A DNA stretch of 64,000 bases, taken from assembly GCA_965227515.1 (NCBI GenBank), contig CBDDFZ010000002.1, positions 192,001 through 256,000 of the forward strand, read 5' to 3'. The notes beneath the pieces were generated by a model. That model saw nothing but the letters and a program-made list of their open reading frames with translations, searched no databases and was not told the origin of the DNA. The position numbers and the translations under genes were made by a program. Shown here in pieces: positions 57,969-64,000 of this stretch (the first letter of the stretch is position 1; each line of letters starts with the position of its first letter). The DNA comes from Alphaproteobacteria bacterium. GTDB lineage: Bacteria; Pseudomonadota; Alphaproteobacteria; CALKHQ01.

Positions 57969-59014
57969 CCGCGTCGCCCCCCATACGCGCTTTCGAAAAT
58001 CCGATGCCCGACCTGAACGGCAAGGGCATCCTGGTCACCGGCGGCACCGGCTCGTTCGGCCGGCGCTTCGTGGCCGAGGTCCTGGCGCGCTACCGGCCGG
58101 CCCGCCTGATCGTGTTCTCGCGCGACGAGCTGAAACAGTATGAGATGGAGCAGGACTTCCCGCTCTCCGAGCACGGCGCGCTGCGCTACTTCATCGGCGA
58201 CGTGCGCGACCGGCAGCGCCTCGCCATGGCGATGCGCGACATCGACTATGTGGTGCATGCCGCCGCGCTGAAGCATGTGCCGACGGCGGAATACAATCCG
58301 ATGGAGTGCATCCACACCAACGTGATGGGCGCGGAAAACGTGATCCACGCCGCCATTGGCGCCGGCGTGCGCCAGGTGATTGCGCTCTCCACCGACAAGG
58401 CGGCCAACCCGATCAACCTCTACGGTGCCTCCAAGCTTGCATCGGACAAGCTGTTCGTCGCGGCCAACGCGCTGGGCGGGCGCGGCGGCGCGCGCTTCGC
58501 GGTGGTGCGCTACGGCAATGTCGTCGGGTCGCGCGGTTCGGTGGTGCCGTTCTTCAAGCGGCTGGTGGCTGAGGGGGCCGCCGAGTTGCCGATCACCGAC
58601 CCGCGCATGACGCGGTTCTGGATCACGTTGCAGCAGGGTGTGGCGTTCGTGCTGTCCAGCCTGGCGATGATGTCCGGCGGCGAGATTTTCGTGCCCAAAA
58701 TCCCGTCGATGAATATCGTCGACCTGGCCGAGACCATGGCACCCGGCGTGCCGCACAAAATGGTCGGCATACGGCCAGGCGAGAAGCTGCACGAAATCAT
58801 GGTGCCGGAGGATGACGGCCGCTCCACCATGGAACTGGACGACCGCTACATCATCGCCCCGCAGTTCCCGTGGTGGAGTGGCGAGACCCACGTGCAGCGC
58901 GGCGCGACCCATGTGTCGGAAGGGTTCAGCTACGCCAGCGACACCAACACCGAGTGGCTGAGCGGCGAGGACATGCTGCGGTTGCTCGACGGCACGGAGG
59001 CGAACGCTGGCTGA
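57965..59014 (+). CDS. pseB: UDP-GlcNAc 4,6-dehydratase (inverting)
   Basis: TGGTGSFG, SRDELKQ, HAAALKHVP, STDKAANPINLYGASKL, RYGNVVGSRGSV and ITDPRMTRFWIT motifs; alternative start 58004. Confidence 0.93.
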   Translation: MTASPPIRAFENPMPDLNGKGILVTGGTGSFGRRFVAEVLARYRPARLIVFSRDELKQYEMEQDFPLSEHGALRYFIGDVRDRQRLAMAMRDIDYVVHAAALKHVPTAEYNPMECIHTNVMGAENVIHAAIGAGVRQVIALSTDKAANPINLYGASKLASDKLFVAANALGGRGGARFAVVRYGNVVGSRGSVVPFFKRLVAEGAAELPITDPRMTRFWITLQQGVAFVLSSLAMMSGGEIFVPKIPSMNIVDLAETMAPGVPHKMVGIRPGEKLHEIMVPEDDGRSTMELDDRYIIAPQFPWWSGETHVQRGATHVSEGFSYASDTNTEWLSGEDMLRLLDGTEANAG

Positions 59015-59036
59015 TGCCGCCATCGCCGGCGCAAGG

Positions 59037-60266
59037 GTGACCGCAGAGTTGGCCGACGCACCAAACGCGCTGCCGTTCCTGCCCTATGGGCGGCAGGCGA
59101 TCGACGACGACGACGTGGCGGCGGTCGCGCGCGTGTTGCAGGGCGACTGGCTGACCACCGGCCCGACCGTCGAGGCATTCGAGCAGGCGCTGGCCGAGAA
59201 GGTGGACGCCGGCTTCGCGGTTGCCTGCAGCAGCGGCACGGCCGCCCTGCACATGGCCGCGATGGCGCTTGGCCTGGGGCCGGGCGACGCGGTGATCGTG
59301 CCGACGATCACGTTCCTGGCCACCGCCAACATGGCCCGCTTCGTCGGCGCCGAGGTGGTGTTCGCCGACGTCGATCCTGACACCGGACTGATGGGCGTGG
59401 AGCAAGCCAGCGACGCGCTGGCGCGGGTGCCCGCCGGGCTGAAGGCGAAGGCGCTGGCGCCGGTGCATCTCGCCGGCCAGTGCGCCGATCCCATCGGGCT
59501 GCGCGCACTGGCCGACGAACATGGCCTCAGCGTGATCGAGGATGCCTGCCACGCGCTCGGCACCACCTATGGCAACGGCACCCCGGTGGGGGCCGCGGCG
59601 CATGCCGACCTCGCCACGTTCTCGTTCCATCCGGTGAAGACGATTGCCATGGGCGAGGGTGGGGCCGTCACCGGCAACGACCCGGTGCTGGGCGCGCGTC
59701 TGCGGAAGCTGCGCAGCCACGGCATGACCCGCGACGCGGCCGACATGGCCAACGCGGGCGAGGCGCTGGATGCCGATGGCACGGTCAACCCGTGGTACTA
59801 CGAGATGCCCGACCTGGGGTTCAACTACCGCGCCAGCGACATCCAGTGCGCGCTCGGCTTGAGCCAGCTTGCGAAGCTGGACGGCTTCGTCGAGCGCCGC
59901 CGCGCCCTGGTCGAGCGCTATGACCGGCTGCTCGCGCCGTTGGCGCCGCGGGTGCGACCGCTGGGGCGGGTGCCGGGCAACCGGCCGGGCTGGCATCTCT
60001 ATGTCGCGCTGGTCGATTTTGAGGCTGTCGGCCTGGACCGCGCTGGGCTGATGAACGCCTTGCGTGCGCGCGGCATCGGCAGCCAGGTGCACTACATCCC
60101 GGTGCATTGGCAGCCCTACTACCGCGACCGGTATGGCGATATCGACCTGCCGGGTGCCGCGGCCTATTACCGGCGGTGCTTGTCGCTGCCGCTCTATCCG
60201 ACGATGGCGGACCAGGATGTCGACCGGGTGGTCGCCGCACTCGCCGCGTGTCTGGGAGACGACTGA
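59037..60266 (+). CDS. pseC: UDP-4-amino-4,6-dideoxy-N-acetyl-altrosamine transaminase
   Basis: LPYGRQAIDDDD, SFHPVK, WYYEM..LGFNYR and QVHYIPVH motifs; directly follows pseB. Confidence 0.9.
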   Translation: MTAELADAPNALPFLPYGRQAIDDDDVAAVARVLQGDWLTTGPTVEAFEQALAEKVDAGFAVACSSGTAALHMAAMALGLGPGDAVIVPTITFLATANMARFVGAEVVFADVDPDTGLMGVEQASDALARVPAGLKAKALAPVHLAGQCADPIGLRALADEHGLSVIEDACHALGTTYGNGTPVGAAAHADLATFSFHPVKTIAMGEGGAVTGNDPVLGARLRKLRSHGMTRDAADMANAGEALDADGTVNPWYYEMPDLGFNYRASDIQCALGLSQLAKLDGFVERRRALVERYDRLLAPLAPRVRPLGRVPGNRPGWHLYVALVDFEAVGLDRAGLMNALRARGIGSQVHYIPVHWQPYYRDRYGDIDLPGAAAYYRRCLSLPLYPTMADQDVDRVVAALAACLGDD

Positions 60267-60268
60267 CC

Positions 60269-61333
60269 ATGGTGAAATTCGGCGACCGCCAGATCGGCGA
60301 CGGCCACCCCTGCTTCATCACGTTCGAGGCGGGCCCCACCCACGATGGCCTGGACTCGGCGAAACGGCTGGTCGACCATGCCGCCGACGCTGGCGCCGAC
60401 GCGGTGAAGTTCCAGATCCTCGATCCCGACCGGCTGGTCGCCGACCGCACGGTGCCATTCTCCTACGAGGTGCTGGTGGACCGCGAGACCGGCGCCACCG
60501 AGCCGGTGACCGAGCCGCTCTACGACCTGTTGAAGCGGCGCGCACTCAGCGACGACGAGTGGCGCGCGGTGAAGGCGCATTCCGATGCGCGCGGGCTGGC
60601 CTTCTTCGCCACCGTCGGTTTCGACGACGAGGTCGATTTCCTGACCGAGCTGGGGTGCGATTCGATCAAGATTGCGTCCGCCGACGTCAACCACACCCCG
60701 CTGATCCGCCGGGCCGCGGAATCGGGCATGTGCCTGCAGCTCGACACCGGCAATTCGACCATTGGCGAGATCGAGGCGGCGGTCGACATCATCCGCGAGA
60801 CCGGCAACGACAACGTCATCATCCACCATTGCCCGTCCGGCTATCCGGCGCGGCTGGAGAGCATCAACCTCAACGTCATCCCGACGCTGAAGCGCATGTT
60901 CCCCTATCCCATCGCCTATTCCGACCACACGCCGGGGTGGGAGATGGACGTGGCCGCCCTGGCGATGGGGGTCAACCTGATCGAGAAATCGATCACCGAG
61001 GATCGCACCACGCGCTCCATCGAGCACATCTTCTCGCTGGAGCCGGCCGACATGGCCGCGTTCATGACCGTGGTGCGCGAGGTGGAGACCGCCATGGGCA
61101 CCACCCGCCGCATCATGCACGCGGCCGAGCGCGAGAAACGCATGGCGGTCAGGCGCAGCATCTCCGCCGCCCGCGATCTGCAGGCGGGACAGACCCTGGC
61201 GGCCGATGACCTGGACTACCGCAGGCCGGGCTTCGGCATCCCGCCGAACGAGGTCGACCGTGTGATCGGCCAGCGCCTGCGCGCGGCCAAGCCCGCGGGC
61301 GAGGCCTTCGCCTGGACCGATTTCGAGGTCTAG
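60269..61333 (+). CDS. NeuB/PseI-family nonulosonic acid synthase (divergent) with C-terminal SAF domain
   Basis: GADAVKFQ, IKIASAD, HCPSGYP, YSDHT and RRS...RPGFGIPP motifs. Confidence 0.88.
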   Translation: MVKFGDRQIGDGHPCFITFEAGPTHDGLDSAKRLVDHAADAGADAVKFQILDPDRLVADRTVPFSYEVLVDRETGATEPVTEPLYDLLKRRALSDDEWRAVKAHSDARGLAFFATVGFDDEVDFLTELGCDSIKIASADVNHTPLIRRAAESGMCLQLDTGNSTIGEIEAAVDIIRETGNDNVIIHHCPSGYPARLESINLNVIPTLKRMFPYPIAYSDHTPGWEMDVAALAMGVNLIEKSITEDRTTRSIEHIFSLEPADMAAFMTVVREVETAMGTTRRIMHAAEREKRMAVRRSISAARDLQAGQTLAADDLDYRRPGFGIPPNEVDRVIGQRLRAAKPAGEAFAWTDFEV

Positions 61334-61343
61334 TTCCTCTCGC

Positions 61344-61973
61344 ATGGGCGAACTTGCGATCATCGACTACGGCATGGGCAACCTGCTGTCCGTTGCCAAT
61401 GCGCTGGCGGAGATCGGCCATCCGGGCGAGTTGGTCGAGGACCCCGACGCGGTGGCAGGCTACGACCGTGTCGTGCTGCCCGGTGTCGGGGCGTTCGCCG
61501 AGGCCATCGACCATCTGCGCGCCTCCGGCATGGCGCCCGCCCTGGACAGCCACGTGAAGGCGGGCAAGCCCCTGCTCGGCATCTGCCTTGGCATGCAGCT
61601 CATCTGCCGCTCGTCCACCGAGGACGGAGAGCACGAGGGGCTGGGCTGGGTCGATGCGCCGGTGGTCGGATTTCCAGCCGGCAACGGCCTGAAAGTGCCG
61701 CATATGGGCTGGAACAGCCTGCATCTGGAGGGCGAGCACCCGGTGTTCGACGGTATCGAGAGCGGCAACGACGTCTATTTCGTGCATTCCTACTATGTCG
61801 ACCCGACGGCCGAGACCATGGGCGCGCCCGGCGTGCTGGCAACCGCGACCCACGGGGTGTCGTTCGCCGCGGTGGTGGCGGTCGGCAACGTCGTCGGCAT
61901 GCAGTTCCACCCGGAAAAGAGCCAGCGCGTGGGCCTGAAGCTCTTGGAAAATTTCATCACCCGTGCCGGATAG
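61344..61973 (+). CDS. hisH: HisH-like glutaminase, copy 3
   Basis: DYGMGNL, GICLGMQ, PHMGWN, YFVHSY and QFHPEKS motifs. Confidence 0.92.
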   Translation: MGELAIIDYGMGNLLSVANALAEIGHPGELVEDPDAVAGYDRVVLPGVGAFAEAIDHLRASGMAPALDSHVKAGKPLLGICLGMQLICRSSTEDGEHEGLGWVDAPVVGFPAGNGLKVPHMGWNSLHLEGEHPVFDGIESGNDVYFVHSYYVDPTAETMGAPGVLATATHGVSFAAVVAVGNVVGMQFHPEKSQRVGLKLLENFITRAG

Positions 61974-61981
61974 ACTGGTTA

Positions 61982-62773
61982 TTGCTTAAGAAGCGGCTCA
62001 TTGCGGTCTTGATCCTGCGCGACGGCCAGGTGGTGCAGTCGGTGCGGTTCAAGCACACCAACGTCATCCACTACGACCCGGTCCACGCGGTCGAGGCATT
62101 CAACAAGTGGGCGGTGGACGAACTGGTGATGCTGAACGTCAGCCGCGATGCGGCGGGGCGCGACAAGTTCGCCGCATCCATCCGTGCCGTGTCGCGCCAC
62201 TGCTTCGTGCCGATGACCGCCGGCGGCTGGATCACCGATGCCGGCTACGCGCGCGAGGTGCTGCGCAGCGGCGCCGACAAGCTGGTGGTGAACACGGCGA
62301 TCGCCGACGATCCCGATCTGGTGCGCACGCTGGCGCGGCGCTACGGCCGCCAGTGCATCGTCGGCTCGATGGACGTGAAGCGCGATGATGACGGAACGCC
62401 CGGCGTGATGGTGGATCGGGGGCAACGACCGGCCACGACGCCGGATGGTGCGACCGACCCGGTGTCGTGGGCGCGCTATGCGACGTCGCTGGGCTGCGGC
62501 GAGATCTTCTTCAACTCCATCGACCATGACGGCGCGCGCCGCGGCTATGACCTGGAAACCCTCGGCGCCGTATGCGATGCCGTCGACGTGCCGGTGATCG
62601 CCTTCGGCGGCGTCTTCACCTGGAAGCACATGGTCGAAGGGCTCCAGGCCGGCGCCGAAGCGGTGGCCGCCGCCAACATCTTCCACTACACCGAGCACGC
62701 CACCAAGAAGGCGAAATCGTTCCTGGCCCGCGCCGGCATGGACGTTCGCCTCGAAGGCCGCATCGGCGCATGA
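61982..62773 (+). CDS. hisF: HisF-like (WbuZ/AglZ type) subunit, copy 3
   Basis: AVDELVML, GADKLVVNT, QCIVGSMD and SIDHDG motifs. Confidence 0.85.
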   Translation: MLKKRLIAVLILRDGQVVQSVRFKHTNVIHYDPVHAVEAFNKWAVDELVMLNVSRDAAGRDKFAASIRAVSRHCFVPMTAGGWITDAGYAREVLRSGADKLVVNTAIADDPDLVRTLARRYGRQCIVGSMDVKRDDDGTPGVMVDRGQRPATTPDGATDPVSWARYATSLGCGEIFFNSIDHDGARRGYDLETLGAVCDAVDVPVIAFGGVFTWKHMVEGLQAGAEAVAAANIFHYTEHATKKAKSFLARAGMDVRLEGRIGA

Positions 62774-62801
62774 ACACGGGACCCGAAGGACACGACTGCT
62801 G

Positions 62802-64000
62802 ATGGACTATTGCGCGCGCTGCCTCTATCCGGCCAACGCCAAGCCCACCATCATCTTCGACGACGAAGGTGTGTGCAGCGGCTGCCGCTACCACGAATCG
62901 CGCGGCGGGCTGGAGATCGGCTGGGAGGAGCGGCAGGAGATGCTGCAGGAAATCCTCGACGAGGCGAAGGCCCTGGCGAAGGAGCGCGGCAATCCACATG
63001 ACTGCATCGTGCCGGTCAGCGGCGGCAAGGACTCGCACTTCCAAGTGTGGGTGCTGCAGGAAAAGTACGGCATGAACCCGCTGATGGTGCACTTCAACCA
63101 CGTGTTCAATGCGCCGTCGGGCCTGCGCAATCTGTCCAACCTGGCCGAGAAATCCGGCGCGGACCTGATCTGCTACCACGCCGGCGTCGCGTCGGTGCGC
63201 AAGATCAGCCGCTACATGCTGGAGCGGGTGGGCGACCTGACCTGGCACTATCACGCCGGCATCCGCACCGTGCCGTTCCAGGTGGCGGTGCAGCACAACA
63301 TTCCGCTGATCGTCTGGGGCGAGCACGGCTTCGCCGAGCTGACCGGTCTGGTCACGCTGGAGGACTTCGTCGAGTACACCAAGTGGTCGCGCAAGGAACA
63401 CGATATGCGCGGGGTGGAGGCGCACGAGCTGATCGGCCAGGCCGGCATCACCGAGCACGACATCGCGCCTTACGTGTTCCCGGAGGACGAGGACATCGAG
63501 CGCACCGAGGTGCGCGGCATCTACCTGTCCAACTTCTTCGACTGGAACGCCAAGTCCCAGGGCGAGAAGATGATCGAGACCTGGGACTTCGGCACCATCG
63601 CGTTCGAGCGCGACCGCACGTTCAACCTCTATGCCAAGATCGACGACCACGCCAACGACGTGCACGACTACCTGAAGTACCTGAAGTTCGGCTACGGGCG
63701 GGCCACCGACGACGCCAGCATGGAGATCCGCCACGGCCGGATGACGCGCGAGGAGGGCATGGCGATGGTGGCGCGCTACGACGCGCGCGAGCCCTCGACC
63801 CTGGCCGACTATTGCGACTTCCTCGGCATCACCGTGGATGCGTTCTACGACCTGGTGGAGCCGATGCGCGACCCACAGATCTGGGCGAAAGAGGGTGGCC
63901 GCTGGGTCGCCACCGACAGTGTCGACCGCCATGCCGTCGGCCCGCGCGAGGAGGCGGCGCGGGTGGCGCAGTCCAACGACCGGGTGCTCGACGACCGCAA
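62802..64000 (+). CDS. N-acetyl-sugar amidotransferase (WbuX/PseA family), copy 4, 3' end truncated by the window
   Basis: Absent from the ORF track because it has no stop in the window; my translation from ATG 62802 gives MDYCARCLYPANAKP...CSGC...HDCIVPVSGGKDSH...YLKFGYGRATDDA. Confidence 0.9.
   Translation, partial: MDYCARCLYPANAKPTIIFDDEGVCSGCRYHESRGGLEIGWEERQEMLQEILDEAKALAKERGNPHDCIVPVSGGKDSHFQVWVLQEKYGMNPLMVHFNHVFNAPSGLRNLSNLAEKSGADLICYHAGVASVRKISRYMLERVGDLTWHYHAGIRTVPFQVAVQHNIPLIVWGEHGFAELTGLVTLEDFVEYTKWSRKEHDMRGVEAHELIGQAGITEHDIAPYVFPEDEDIERTEVRGIYLSNFFDWNAKSQGEKMIETWDFGTIAFERDRTFNLYAKIDDHANDVHDYLKYLKFGYGRATDDASMEIRHGRMTREEGMAMVARYDAREPSTLADYCDFLGITVDAFYDLVEPMRDPQIWAKEGGRWVATDSVDRHAVGPREEAARVAQSNDRVLDDR

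Noticed and set aside
32193-62773. Histidine biosynthesis operon
   Set aside because: No other his genes; the HisF-like copies lack the catalytic Asp and each sits next to a WbuX-type gene
62770-62802. 10-codon mini-ORF (MNTGPEGHDC) bridging hisF copy 3 and amidotransferase copy 4 via ATGA/TGATG overlaps
   Set aside because: Could be a coupling peptide or a frameshifted N-terminal extension, but it is too short to support, and the downstream gene is intact from ATG 62802

Overview
High-GC bacterial DNA (by eye roughly two-thirds G+C; gene content suggests an alphaproteobacterium, which is an inference) in two parts. Bases 1-30 kb are a dense catabolic region: a ribose-type ABC permease and an IlvD/Edd dehydratase; a LigM-type O-demethylase with a GntR regulator and a TRAP transporter; a ROK regulator with a CUT1 ABC transporter (fused double permease), a Gfo/Idh/MocA and a GMC oxidoreductase; and a LacI-family regulator whose apparent regulon is marked by four copies of a TGATACCGGTAACA-like operator (two SDRs, two lactonase-like MBL hydrolases, a beta-hydroxyacid dehydrogenase, MmgE/PrpD, CMD, a His/Cys-rich unknown protein and a CUT2 ABC transporter). 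Bases 30.3-64 kb are a single-strand surface-glycan/nonulosonic-acid cluster of more than 33 kb that runs off the right end. It encodes pseB, pseC, a divergent NeuB/PseI, two SpsF-type cytidylyltransferases, three DegT aminotransferases, three methyltransferases, two GNATs, a sulfotransferase-like gene, an ABC flippase, AsnB, and an unusually large amidination set: three HisH/HisF-like pairs and four WbuX/PseA-type amidotransferases. The cluster also contains an AT-rich HEPN-motif gene and a pair of distantly related unknown genes, one with a BFD-like Fe-S motif. Three REPIN-like palindromic elements with covarying stems lie in intergenic gaps. I saw no rRNA, tRNA, CRISPR array or transposase. 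All family calls come from motif recognition, not database searches.
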